From Epiperipatus broadwayi (Eukaryota; Animalia; Onychophora), in NCBI GenBank assembly GCA_028023455.1, contig JAQFVV010000001.1, positions 26,970,001 to 27,034,000 on the forward strand: a DNA stretch of 64,000 nucleotides, given 5' to 3'. This document shows positions 13,191 through 27,236 of the stretch, one piece after another. Every line of letters starts with the position of its first letter. Within the stretch, counting starts at the first letter, position 1. The notes under the pieces were generated by a model. The model saw nothing but the letters and a program-made list of their open reading frames with translations, made no database searches and was not told the DNA's origin. A program made the position numbers and the translations under genes.

Positions 13191-14399
13191 TCAAATATGG
13201 GCATAACTTATTTTGTTTATCATGATTGTAAATATTTATTTAAAAAAGAATCATTTACACACATCTTTATCCTGTTTTCAAAAAACTCAAAACTGAGATT
13301 TCAGTTAAGAATTATCAGGCAACTAAGAAGAAAGAGCAGGATAAATTCAAAAATAAAAGTCAATAAACACATCATGCTGACAGCAGTGTGTTAATGAGCA
13401 GCTCAATTATATTTCTTTAATATATAAGTGAGAATCATACAGTAATAATAGCTGAACAAAAACATATTGAAAGAGCATTAGGAAATTTGTCCTGTTTGAT
13501 TTTTTCAAGGCTCAAAAAATCAAATGGTCTCCTTTCAGTTCCTTTCTGTTCGTGCACATATGTATATATTAGTGCATACAATTTTGACAAATATAATAAA
13601 CACCATATTTAAAATATAAATATTTATTTAACAAATAAATAATTATTATGTTTAAATAACAATGTGACATTGCAGGGAAAAGATGGTGAAAAGAGAGATT
13701 ATGACATTTATTTGATTTTATTTTTTTCTGGGGTTTTTTCTATTTTGTGCAGTCTAATCTTTTAAAAAATAAAGTATAACCTTGAGTATCTTATGGCGAT
13801 GACAACAGTGAGCAGGTAAATATTTAATTCAATTTAGTTATCTTTTATTCGATTAGTATGCAAAACTGCTTAGATACTGCCTGGTTTAGTACAGTGATAA
13901 AGTGACTGCCTCTGGAGCTCAAACCATGGATGGCAAACCAGCTACAGTATGCAAAATTCTTATGGGCTCCTGAATAATATATCATTCAACTACTTTTCTT
14001 ACTACACTTAATTTTTCTAATTTTCAAAAATAAATTGAATTCCTTTTTTCTATTGGATCTGTCCTGGTAGAAGGCAATGAAGTAGTGAAATTAGAATGAG
14101 ATTATGCACTGATGAACCACCAAAAAACGTGAAATCTTTTTTTAATTATAACAATGGTTCTAGAAAAAGGTATATATTTTAATTAAATGTTGGGCCATTA
14201 ACCTTTGTAAAATTATTTACTGTACTTCAAAGAAAAATTTCATGTTTATTGATGAGACAAACAAAAATGCTTTCTTCCAATATAGAAATTAAAAATAATT
14301 TATTTATAACATTGTCTTAATAATATATTGCATAATAAAACTATATATAAAGAGATGAAAATAAAATAATCTGTATTTAAAAGAAATAGAGCAATGACA

Positions 14400-17300
14400 G
14401 GGACAGGCACAGTTTTTTGTTGTGATCTTTACTTGAAGCAGCATAATCACTAATAAGTCAGTTTGGAACTGGATTTAAGTGAGCCAAGTGGTTTGGCTGG
14501 CAAAGATTATAAGTTTGGAAAACCCTATTTAGGGATCCCTCTGCCTATCATGGATGTGGAAGGGCCTAGAAAATGTGATCTAAAATGGCCTGTCTCACAC
14601 AGACTGGCTACATTGTCATGCCTAATGGATTACTCATTTTGGTGATAAAATAATAGTAATATCTGTAGTGATGATAGAGTAAGAGGCAATGATAGTACTA
14701 AAGATAAGTAATGTAAATCTCTTTTTTCTAAATATATACTCTTCAAGACCAGAACAAAAAGACTATACTTGTAGTTAAGGAACTATCAAGATTTAAGATC
14801 GATATAGTTACTCTTAATGAAACTCATCTCCCAGAGAAAGAGAACTTTATTAGAAAAGATTGATGGATTTCAGTTTTTTTGGTCAATTATATCAGTCAAT
14901 GAAAAAATAATGCATTGTGTTGAATCTGTTGTAAAATAAAATTTAATATTTTTTATTGTATTGATGAAAGGCTAATGATTTTAAAACTCATCTTGCATAA
15001 TGGTACTAGTGCTCATTTTATTAGTGACTATGTTTCAACCTGAGATTAAGAAAAATTAAAGAAGGGAAGTTTTTATTTCTTGTTGAATAACATTATTACA
15101 ATGATATCATTAAAAGATCAATAATTTTTCTTGGAATTTTAATGCTCCTGTTGGTAAAAATAGTTGACTTTGGCCAAAGGGTGTTGAAAATAATGGTATT
15201 GGAACTATATATTCAGATGGTTAGTTATTATTAAATTGGTTGCACTATATATGGATTGACTATCACAAACGCATTGTTTAGACAGAAAATCAATAATCAA
15301 AACAATGGCATTTAATAAATTACATTATAGTTAAGAATCAAAATACAAGAGAAGTTCACATTAAGTAATAATTTATTACTGTAGATTATTGGACAGATCA
15401 TAGATTAGTGCACTCCAAGATTAAAATAATAGTTGTGATTAAAAATAGATATTATTCCAATCATATTTACAAGACAATTTTTATTTATTACTATACATAT
15501 TAAATTTCAATAGTGATTAAACACTAAAAATGCTAATTTAGATCTTCAGGACTATCATATTATTGAAGCACATAATTCTCTTAAGGGATGTGATACAAAT
15601 ACAAGTAAATCTATTCTTGAGCTCACTAAATGGAAGAACCATGATTGTTTTTTAACAATGATCTTATTATTAGTGATTTAGGAAAAAAAACAAGTCACAT
15701 TCTCTTCTTAGCAAAATAATAGATTAAATAGAAACTTCATAATAAATATAAAGATCTGGAGGCACAAATTCAATAACTGACAAAAAGATTTAAAAATGAT
15801 TGGTGGATTACTGACTGTGGTCATTCTAGATCTTTTTTGGTGCATTGAAAGCAACATATAGATATGAGAAACAGCATCACAATTCTATCAAATCCAGCAG
15901 AAGCACTCTCATAAATGATGACAAAGATATTTTGAACAGGTGGAAAGAATATTTTGATTATTTTTTGAATAAGGTCACAAGAATTGGATGATGATTTTTA
16001 ATGATATATCTATTTTAACTACTCATTTAAATATGGACAAAGATATCTAGCTTTTAATGAAGTTAAAACAGCTCTTTGTGATTTTAAAAATGGGAAGGCT
16101 GCAGATCCTAATGAAATATTTGGATAAGTTTTAAAATATGTTGTGATATATTAGCTTCAAAAATAATGGACTTTTTAAGGAATATCTAGACCCATGAAAT
16201 TGTGTTATTTAATTTTAAAGATGCTTTTATCATTCCAATTTTTAAAATGAAAGGAAATAGACAAGATTGTGGTAATTATCATGAATTATTATTATTATTA
16301 TCTACTACAGCAAAAGTAGTTTGAAGAATTTTGGTGAATAAACTACTTCCAGATATAAATAAATACTTACCAGAGATTCAATGTGGTTTTAGAAAACAAA
16401 AAGCACAATATATAAGTGTGGAAAACAAAGGAATTATTTATATGTTGCTTTTATTGATTTGTCAAGGTATTTGATTCAGTTAATAGCATAGGTCTATGCC
16501 ATTGGTTGAAATTAGTTGGTTGTCAACCAAAGTTTATTCATAATATACAGCTTCTACATGATAGAATGAGAGGAAGTATTATTACTGCAATGAAAACTGA
16601 TATCTGTTCACAATTTTTATGATAATGGTCTCTGGAATTGTTTTTAGGCAGAGGGATCAAAATACAACACAAATTGATGGTGGAATTTTTAATTATGGTT
16701 AAAAGCAAAAAACAAGACCTTCATATTTTTTGGGTTCTGAATTTACAATATACTGATGATTATAATATTTTTTCCAGTTCAAAAAACAATTTACAGAATG
16801 TTCTTAATGTTCTGAATGCAACTTATAAAGATCTCAGTTTATAATTAATGTTCAAAATATTCATTCTTTATCAACAGTGTCAGAAGAAAAATTTTAGCTA
16901 TTTTCAGTTTGGATGGTATCAGCTCAAAAATGTAAATGTAAACCAGTTTAAATACCTTGGTAGTTTATAAGTAGAAAGATATACTTAGATATTGAGATCA
17001 AACACAGACTCCCCTATGCTATTGAATCTTTTAACCGGTTAAAAGATAGGATATTTCATTATTGGAAAATAACTACTACAACTAAGTTACATGTATATAG
17101 AGTGTTATTTTACCTAACTTATTGTATGGATGCAAAACTTGAATAACTGATCAGCACAATATAAGACATTAGAAAAGTTTCATTTAAAGATGCTTCATAA
17201 AATTTTTAAAAAAATACAATAGTAAGATCATAAAACCAATCAATATGTTCTTCAGCTTGAGCCTTCTATTGTAAAATCATATCTTTATTGGATTGTAGAT

Positions 17301-17600
17301 ATAAAATGAATAAACAATGGAAGGCTTTCAAAAAGGTATTTTATAGTATTCTCTGAGGATTATCTTAAAGACTCTGTTTTGAAATGCAATGCCAATTGTT
17401 TCCATTGAGAATACATTGGAGGGCTGCAATTAGACATGGTATTGGAAGTATTTCACAAAGTAAAGTTTTATACAAAGGAAACTAAAAGGCAACTTTGTAA
17501 AATATCAAATAAACAGAAAAATGGATCAGTATGTTCTATATGTGGGCATACTTGTAGTTCATTGTTGGCTCACATAGAATTTTTATAATATACAAATCCA
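14400..17600 (+). mobile_element. RTE-clade LINE, near full-length, decayed (APE + RT)
   Basis: RPEQ..VKELSRFKIDIVTLNETHL; KDAFIIPIFKMKGNRQDCGNY; PEIQCGFRK; YVAFIDLS; LQYTDD (YADD); C-terminal CSICGHTCSSLLAH. Many stops and frameshifts. Confidence 0.88.
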
Positions 17601-17879
17601 AAGCATAATGACAATTCATATATCCAAATACGTGGATATGATCCACTATGCTAAAATCACATGTAAATCCATTTTGTTGTTTTGATGAGTCAAAACCCAA
17701 AGTTTGCTATAGATGAGTTGTAATTATCTTGGAAAGCATTTTGTACAGAAATGATGAAAGACTGATAGGTTTATAATTTCTAATATAAATTTTATCACCT
17801 TTTTTTAAAATATTAATATTAGTAATGCATTTTCCCAGTCATCAGATACAAGTTTATAATTTAGACATTGGGTATCTAA

Positions 17880-18700
17880 CTTTGCTAATCATTTTTCTAT
17901 TTTTTCACCTGATTCTTTTAAGATATCAATTATAATACCATTATTACCTGAGTGTTTTCCATTTTTCATTGATTTAATTGCATTTTCATTTCTTCATTGA
18001 AAATCCTGGGCAATACAGAAGACATAGTAATTGCAGTGGATATTTTTCTTGTTCTTTAGTGTTACATAATTCTTTATAGAATTCTTTTACACATTTCATT
18101 ATGTTATATTTCCATCTTTTCTTTTTAATGCTTTTTACAATTTTTTTATTCTCCCCTATAGCTCTTCTTTTAATTCACAATATTTTCTTATATCATGATT
18201 AACTCTTTTTCATACTATTTTACAAAATTCTAGATATTTAATCCTTTTTAATGGATCATTTTTATATGTTGTATATTCCTTATTTTTTTCATAAATTGTT
18301 TTATGTCAGTAAAAATTTTACTGGTTAATTACTGCTTTTTTTGTACCGACTATCTTTGTTGCAGTTTTTATTAGTATATTAGTTATGTTCCTCTTAAATT
18401 TATTCTTATTTGATTTCATTTTTAAAGTCTGTTAATATTTTAAAACAATTTCTAATTTAAATTCATTGAAATGTTTCTGAAAGTTAGGAATATTAACTGT
18501 GAATACTGTTTTTCTTAGTAATTTTTGTTTCTTACATCTAATTAATCAATGATCATTTCCTTTGTAGAAGTTATTAAGGATTAAATCAAAAATCTTTATA
18601 GGTTGCATTCAAAACATTGAGAATATTATGTAGGTTACACAATCAGCATTATATTATAAATCAAGAAATCAAAAAGATGAAGTTCCTGTCTTTGATTTTA
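17880..18700 (-). mobile_element. LINE fragment (region upstream of the RT domain)
   Basis: Minus-strand NAIKSMKNGKHSGNNGIIIDILKESG matches the AIKSMKNGKAPGxDGI motif. Confidence 0.65.
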
Positions 18701-18719
18701 ATCCAATTTAAAAACTTCA

Positions 18720-19560
18720 TTATCAATCTTGTATCACATTATAATAATTGCTTCATAAAACCATGCTGAAATGTTTAAAACCATTTGATATAAAAATAAA
18801 GATATAGTTAGAACTTATTCGTGTTTAGCACCAATTTCCATATCAAATTCCTTAGATGATTCACCACCAATGATAATACTTTCTTTCATTTTATCATGCA
18901 GAAACTGAAGTGGTTATATAAGCAATTAATTTCATACATTGCCATAAAACCATTTAACAATTAATTGAGTCAACAAAAACAAATTAATAAAAATAATGTA
19001 TAAGTTGCATCTTTTCTCCAAAAACATTTTGTGCATTTACCTAGCAACAAAGGCATGTCATGAGTTTTTTGTGATCATTTATTTTTGACTACAAGCAAAC
19101 TATTCAATAAAATTTATAAAAGTATATTAGCTTTAGCTGATAAAAATGATATTCCTTAACAATTATCATATATTTTCTATTTTCTTTAATTTTATAAATT
19201 GAAATAATAGAAGCATCCTTAAAATAAGATGACATAATTTCATGGATCCACATCAATAATTTTGAAGATAACATATCACCACAATATTTTAGAACTTCTC
19301 CAATATTTCATTATGATCTGGAGTTATGAATATTTTTGTCTAAATCTAAATGAGTAGAGAAAATGAATATATTGCTAAAGATCATCTTTTCAAATTTTGT
19401 ATTATTATTCAAAAAATTATCAAAATATTCGGTCTATCTATTTGAGATATAAATAAATAATCAAATATTTTGTTGCTTGTGATTTAACATTAAGTACTAC
19501 TACAGAAAATGACAATGTTGATTGTGATCCATGTATTTTGAGTTCACAAATTTGCCATTC
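18720..19560 (-). mobile_element. Fragment of the same RTE family as 14400-17600, opposite orientation
   Basis: Shares gaatattttgat, ttctaaaatattgtggtgatatgttatcttcaaaatta and ttttaaggatgcttctattatt with 15950-16240. Confidence 0.6.
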
Positions 19561-21284
19561 TACTATTAGACTAAGCCACATACAGTATTTTTAATGAGGT
19601 TATAATACAATTTTTAAGCTCTGCATATTATTTTCAGTGCAATAAAAAAAATTAAATGAAATCATGGTCAACGAATAATTATTTCTTATGCAGTTTAATC
19701 CACCAATAATTTTTAGACCTTCTCGTTAATCTTGTGTTGCTTACAAAGTTCTGCATTCAATGTATTATGCCACTGTTTTTTTAATTAAGTCACTAATTAT
19801 AAAATTAATTGTCAGAGATGCTTCTAAAGCAGTGGTGGGAATCCTCTAGCCTTTGAAAGCTCTCAATATAGATACTGAACATTTTCAAAAATATATAAAG
19901 TGGTCCTGTATAAAGCTTCTATTTAAATATATGAGTAGTTCAAATACTGAATTGAGAGTTAAGAAAAATAAAATTTATTTTCTCAACTACATCTAACCTT
20001 TATAATATAGTTCTAGCTCATTATATCATAAGAGCAATATTCCAACAAATTATTTATATTGTGTGGGTCATCTGACTACAGATTTCATCTAATGCCAAAT
20101 GCATTGTTTGTTTTCGTAACAATTTTCTCAGACTAACGTATATTTACCAAAATGAAATTGCATTTTTACTTTGTTTTATTATTACTATGTTGAATTTATT
20201 TTTCTATTATGTTGGACACATGAAAAAGAGCTTCATCAAGTGGCTGACATGTCTCATAAAAAGTTTAAAGGAAGTCTAAAAATTCTGCAAAAGCAAATTA
20301 CATTATTTTTTCCTTATAAAAAAAGAAGAAACTTCAAAACTATTTTTTAAAAAGGAGTTTATAAATGTCTGCAAACTAGCTGTTGTAGAATTAATCTATC
20401 CAGAATGTCAAAATATAAATATGTCACAAAGAATAGATACAAGGCAAATTGGGAAAATTGTCATAATTCACTAAAAAATTATGATCCTTATTTAAAAAGA
20501 GCAAGTTAAAATTAGCCTGCCAGATAAAAAGATTGCCCACTCCTAATGATTAGAGGTAAATTAATTAAAATTTTGATCAAATACAGTAGGTTAATTTTCA
20601 AGTTATATGGCCCATGAATGATATTATAAATATTCCAATGACTCTTCACATAAAAAAGGTTTCCCACCCCTGTCCTAAAAAATCAACATCAAATTTTTAT
20701 GAATATTATTAAAATAGAAATATATATATTTTTAATGCAACTATCGTTTTAATTTTGGAGTGGATTAATTTAAAAGTTTAACTTTGCAATTGTAATTGCT
20801 TGTGTAATATTAACTTCTTTTACATTCTTTATTTTTTAGATTCCACTCTTTGAAGTAAAGATGTATGCAATTTTTTTAATACAAAATCAATACAGCAAGT
20901 AAGAAAAAATATTTAATAAAGAAGTTATTGATTACATAATGGAAATATATAAGTAAACACACATATAAATATATTTATACATGAAAACAGTATCCATATA
21001 TGTATAAAGAAGTAGAAAAATAATGAGGAATATTTTACAAAAAATTGCATAGAGAGAAACGACTAGAAAAGTAAAAAGGTAAGATGTTCTTAAAGGAAGG
21101 GGGGGGGGATAATTTTGATCATCTAAAAAATAGTGGGCTGCCTTTCAGTAAGTAGTATATTAAATATCTGTATAATAAATATTTTTATAATCTATTTAAG
21201 AAGCAATATGTAAGCAAAATGATTTTTTGTACATTTTTATGATAGAATTTAATGCTATGGATTTATTGTTTTAGATAATCTTTG

Positions 21285-22080
21285 ACGTATTCTTTTAGTT
21301 CCATCATCAGATTTTCAATGAAATGGATGGCTGAAGAGTTATGGATTGGAGTAGTTTGAAGCCTATCCATTAAAACATGAAGATTGGCTATCTTAATATA
21401 AAGCTGAGCACTGATTGTATATATGTGGGGAGATAGTAATCTGGACCAACTGATGATTGCTGGTTTAGCATAAAATATGCATATTGGTGGTTATTTATCT
21501 TATCAACATGTGTGTGATCAGATGGATGAGCAATCTGAGATAGCATGGAGAGTTGAGGGTTGTCTGAAAGTCTGAGTTCGAATCCTTATATATTACATTA
21601 TATGTGCAGGTATGTGTAAGCCTGTACAGTGTATTAAATTACATATTGAAACATAGTGCATTAAAAGTCTGTCCATCCCTTGCATATGTATGTAAATGGA
21701 TTATTCTCCAGTACGTAAGGGGTCAAAATGACTAATGTCAACATGGGTAGGATGACAACCTTGGCACTAATGTGTCTTTGAATGTTCCATCATCAGATTT
21801 TCAATGACATGGATGAATGAAGAGCTGTGGGTTGGAGTAGTTTGAAGCCTGTCTATTAAACTATGAAGATTGGCTATCTTAATATAAAACTGAGTACTGA
21901 TTGTATATATGTGGGGAGATAATAATCTGGACCAACTGATGATTGCTGGTTTAGCATGAAATACATATATTGGTGATTATTTATCTTTTCAACATGTGTG
22001 TGATCATGTGGGTCAGCAATATGAGATGGCATAGAGAGTTGAGGGTCATGTGAAAGTCTGACTTTGAATCCCTTATATAG
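21285..22080 (-). mobile_element. Family B tandem pair (two direct copies, 486-bp offset)
   Basis: tcatcag at 21304-21310 and 21790-21796, with about 290 bp of near-identical following sequence. Minus-strand translation gives decayed HIPAHI and SAQLYIKIANL segments reminiscent of a GIY-YIG C-terminus. Confidence 0.75.
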
Positions 22081-22614
22081 AATTCTTTATAATATTTTTA
22101 GATATTGAATTAAATAGTAAAGATTATTGCATTATCAATAGTAATTAGAATGATTCAATGGGCCCTGATACATTTCTAATGAAGCTGGATTAAAAATTTT
22201 AGTTAATAGATTGAAGATTTTTATTTTATTTTATTTTTGTCTGAAAGATATTTAAACAAGGATTTACAATATTAAACACTAATTATCTAACTATTTTATA
22301 TAAATATACATCAACCATTATCAGTTTTTTGCAAGATAAAGGTCTTTATAAGACTGCTCTAGATTTTTGTCTATTTTATTCCAACAAATTTTTTTACATT
22401 ATCCATCCATCTCATATGTCGTTTTTTTTTTTTTAAAGATCTTGAATATATAAGATCTAATAATATTTACTGAATACTTTTTTTTCAAATACATACTTTT
22501 TAAAAATATTAAGTTATTTCTATTAAAAACACTATTATTCAAGTCTAAAAAATGATTATTTTTTTCTATTATATTTACATATGTATTAATAATGTGCCCA
22601 GAGTATTTATAGTT

Positions 22615-22700
22615 TTTTTTTTTTAATGTCATAGCATCGGTCGGGACGCGAACCCGCAACCCGGGCAACTTCCTGCAAGTGCAAGGCAGTCGCGCTGACC
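22615..22700 (-). mobile_element. tRNA-Gly-derived SINE, 5'-truncated, 11-bp TSD
   Basis: Homologous to 10141-10246, with A-tail. TSD TATTTATAGTT at 22604-22614 and 22701-22711. Confidence 0.88.
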
Positions 22701-24835
22701 TATTTATAGTTGATAGCTTCTAACTTATTATATATCACTTTTTCTATTCTTGAAAAGCTACTGAACATTAATTTAGACTTTTTAATATTTATCTGTAATT
22801 TTAATTTCTTATTTTTATTTGATGGCCATTATAACATTTACTGAAACTTTGAAACATTATTTGCAAAACAAAACAAAACAACAAAAACAGTCACAATGTT
22901 TACTTAACCTAGTTAACTTAAATAATTTCTATTATTATTTCTTTAGTTTCAGATTTAATCTATAAATTACTTCCTCTAAAACTTATGTAAAAAGTTTTAA
23001 AAATATAAAATCATTCTTCTGACCAAGCTTATTAATATTAATCTTTTTAGTGTTACCATGTAATATAAACAATATTGCTGCAATTTAAATATATATATCC
23101 TCCAAAATGTGAAAATATTCTGGGTCCATGTCTTGATAGTCCAAACTAATTATTTGCAAAAATGCTTGTAGAATCAAATATTTTTTCATAACTTAAAAAT
23201 CTAATGCAAAATAGTGATTAATAAATCATTACTTTTTCTATAATTTCTCTTAATAATTGGATGTGATTTATTAATCTATTATCTACATTATCTTTTAAAC
23301 GATTTTTTTTGGTTGGTTTGAATCTAAAATTTTTTAGAGATTAATTATAATGAACTGATAAAAGACTGATGGACTTATAATTTCTAATACCTTCTTTATT
23401 ATCTTATTTAAATATCTCTATTGCATTATTCCAATTATCTGGCATATTTTTATCATTCAATGTTTAGTACATAGGTATATACCCTTGCTTCTTTTAAAAT
23501 ATCTATAATAATTTTTGGGGTGGGAGTGGAAATTCATAGATTTAATTCAATGCTTCATCACTTCATTTAAAATACTTGGTATCTTAAAAAATGCTTATTA
23601 GAGCATTAATTCATATTATTTTACTCCAGAGTCATTTATTGTAATTTGGAATAATCAATAGATATTAGAAATTAGTGTGAAAATTCATAACTCTGGATTA
23701 CTTTTTTGATAAGACTTTTAGACTACTTGAACTTTCATTTCTAATCTTCACCTTCAATTCTTTTTTATTATTAAGTTATTAGTTTGAAACTCAAAAATAT
23801 TCTGATATTTTGAACCTAAGCTAACTTGTATAGTTACAAATTTTTAACAATAGATCAGTAACTATATTTTTCATGTTGAAATTGAAGCACGATTAGTCTG
23901 GTTAATGAAAACAACCATCATATGATTTTCTTTGTTTATATTCAATATGTACTTAGGAGCAATAATTCATTCATATATTCTATGTTAGGGTCATCTATTG
24001 TAATCTGGATTAATCAGAAAAACATACATTGTTTTTTTTATAATTCACATTCATAAACTTATATAAGGTGAATGGCCTTCATCAGTGAAGAGTTTTTATA
24101 TGTCTTACACTTATATACATCTATAATAAAGTTAAAAGTATTTGAAAGATGTATAAGTGAAAGTAATTCCAAACACTTCACTGACAAAGATTATTGTCTA
24201 GTAGCTAGACTAGGAATCTAAATTATAAAATTATAATTTAGTAATCATTATATTCTCTTAAGTTTTCAACCAATGATTTTAGATTCAAATAAAAAAAATA
24301 CTGTTTCTTAAAGGCTATATTGAATGTAAACAGAAAAAGTTATGTTTTGTTGGAGTATTTAAAAAAATGTTAGAAATATAGAGTATACTTTGTTTGTTCT
24401 TTATTAATAAAAAGTTCTTTGTAGAATTTTTCAAATATTCTATGATATCATATTTTTGGGGGTTCTAAATAAATAGCACTATCTTTTCTTCTTATTTATG
24501 AAACAATTTGGTTTTCAATATGAAGATGATGCACTATATTGAGATTTTATTTTTTTCTTATGATAATATAAAATATTTTTTTATATCAGTTCATAATATT
24601 CCCGATATTCTGTTTTTCTAAATATATAATTTTTAAATACTATCACATTTTTATACACTATCTTAATTAAAAATATACTTATTAGTTAATAGTTCTTTTA
24701 TCTCTAATGTGTGTGTAGTTATTTTATAGAGTATCTATTATGTTATTTAAATCATTCAAATCTGTGCTCTTGGAAGTCTGTTAATAATTTTAAATAATTT
24801 ATACACTTTAGCTTAAATTCACTTTAGTAGTTCTA

Positions 24836-25463
24836 ATTATAAATTTATTAATCGCACATAACCTCGAGAATATGCGTGTAAAATGTGATAGTAGGGACCT
24901 CTACAGGTGTTTAACCATAAGCTTACATTATGAAAGAAAAGAGGGGAACTCTTCTTTACTTCAACCTACTTTTTATTTAAATAGGTGAAGCTGAAGCGGT
25001 TAGATCTGCGAGCATGAAGCTATTCAATACTTCATTGATTAAGTCCACATTTCTTATTACACATTAATACTCGCGAAATCTTTCGATTTACAAGTCAATG
25101 GAAAGATTTTATAGTTAGAAATCTATTACAGTAATTTAAAGTTGTAATTATAAATACTCATTGTAAATCGAAAGATTTTGCGAGTATTAATGTCAAATTT
25201 TTGATTTATAATAACTTGATAATACATTTGAAAAGAAAAAAGAAGAAGAAGAGTATTAATGTGTAATAAGAAATGTGGACTTAATCAGTGAAGTATTGAA
25301 TAGCTTCATGCTCGCAGATCTAACCACTTCAGCTTCATCTATTTAAATAGAAAATAGGTTGAAGTAAAGAAGAGTTCCCTCTTTTTTTCCATAATGTAAG
25401 CTTGTGGTTAAACACCTGTAGAGATCCCTACTATCACATTTTACACGCATATTCTCGAGGTTA
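24836..25463. mobile_element. Family C long inverted-repeat insertion with 13-bp TSD
   Basis: TTTAGTAGTTCTA at 24823-24835 and 25464-25476. Arms about 24859-25072 and 25251-25463 are highly similar reverse complements, with an extra inverted piece at 25161-25192. Confidence 0.85.
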
Positions 25464-25699
25464 TTTAGTAGTTCTATAAATTATCAACTGTTAATACTAT
25501 CTTTTTTCATAACTTTTATGAATGTTAATGAATGATTGTTTCTGAACTGAATCTATTATATACTCTGAAATATATTTTTTTCTGTTAGTCAATGTATAAT
25601 TATTTATTTAGGTAATATTTATACGCTCATTTAGATTTTTCTCAAAAAAAAAAAAAACAGAATATGAAGTTTTCCTTTTTCTATAAATCTCTATTCCTG

Positions 25700-26130
25700 T
25701 TTCATTTCTATCTCCATATTCAAAATTTACCAAAGCACTTTCTTCTTTTGATATTTTTTCAATTCTACAATCAAAATCTTTGGTCTAATCAAACTATTTG
25801 TACTCCTATATAAAATTTATCTATTTGTTCATTAGAATAAATGCTTGTGAATTGTTTGCATTTGATATCTTCCATTAAATTGAATAAATATTTTTTCCCC
25901 TTTCTGACTGATATATCTATTATCAATCCAAACAATATTGTTTATCCATATTTTATTATAATAAAACCCAGTTTACATATACCCACACTCAATTTGAAAT
26001 TTATATCTTTATTTTTTTTCTTCTAATTTCACCAAGTTTAACAACATCCTATTTAATACTGAATAGTTCTTCCAATTTACGCAATCTTCTTTAAGTTGAA
26101 AGTGATCTACAGTAAAAAAAGGTCAATATC
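25700..26130 (-). mobile_element. Second RTE endonuclease fragment related to 12600-13110
   Basis: Shared catttgatatcttccattaa and ttgaaagt(g/a)atctacag blocks in the same order. Confidence 0.6.
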
Positions 26131-27078
26131 AATAATATCCTTATAATCCAAGGATTCTTAGCACTATCTGACTATTTAATAATTGCAGCATGGTTAAGAG
26201 TCATAAATTATTAATTTGTGATAATTATAAATATAAAATTGAGCATTCACAGATATAAAAACTATTTGTTCTGCCTTAAAAAGGAAAATTCTGTCAGTGT
26301 TTTAACGATAAGACATCTGAGTAAAAAGGACTCAGAGATAAGAAGATAAAATTCAATCTCAGCTACTCAAGATTTCCTTCCATGAGTTATGGTTTTATTT
26401 CTTGAGAATAAACCTGTTGACGCTTTATTTAGTTGCATCTCAAGTAAAATATAAGCAAATTTGATAGAGATGATGATTCTCTATCATAATAATAAGTATT
26501 CCTGTTATTCTAGCTAGATCTTATTTTATATATATAAATAAAGAAAATGTGTGCTTTAATAAAAAAAATAATAATTGAAATCTAATATTGTATTGATTAA
26601 AAATTTTTAAATCTATATATATTCTAAATATTTTTTTAAAAAGTATATTAGGATGTAATCTCATAATGATTACATAAAATTTTTATTTTAATAATGAAAT
26701 ATTTCAACTCTTTTCTGTTAGAGATTTCCAAGGGATACAATAAATATTTACATAAATGTTTATCAGTATTTCTCTGGAGATTTAGTGTTTACAAATTACA
26801 TAATGAATATTTACAAAATATTTATACCTAAGCTATGCAAATATACAACCATAAATATATGTATGATAGTAAGATTAATGGAAAGAGAGAGAAAAATAAT
26901 CAATTACTTTTATACGGCATTTTATGTATATCATTTTTAATGCTTTCGAATAATTAATTTTTTTAAATTATGCACAAAATTGAATTTTAAATTTGTATAA
27001 ATTAGAACAAATCACAGTTTAACAATCATTTTATATGCATATTTTAATATACATTAAAAAATTGCAGAAACTGGTTTA

Positions 27079-27236
<158 letters not shown>

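Noticed and set aside
13753-13815. Plus-strand mini exon with ATG (MAMTTVS) between tgcag and gtaaat
   Set aside because: No compatible downstream exon was found; such sites occur by chance in 64 kb.
14105-14140. CTGATGA...GAAAT as a hammerhead
   Set aside because: Only a 2-bp stem II, with no stem I or III pairing and no NUH site.
22399-22668. Track ORF starting in the SINE
   Set aside because: Chance read-through from SINE sequence into AT-rich intron.
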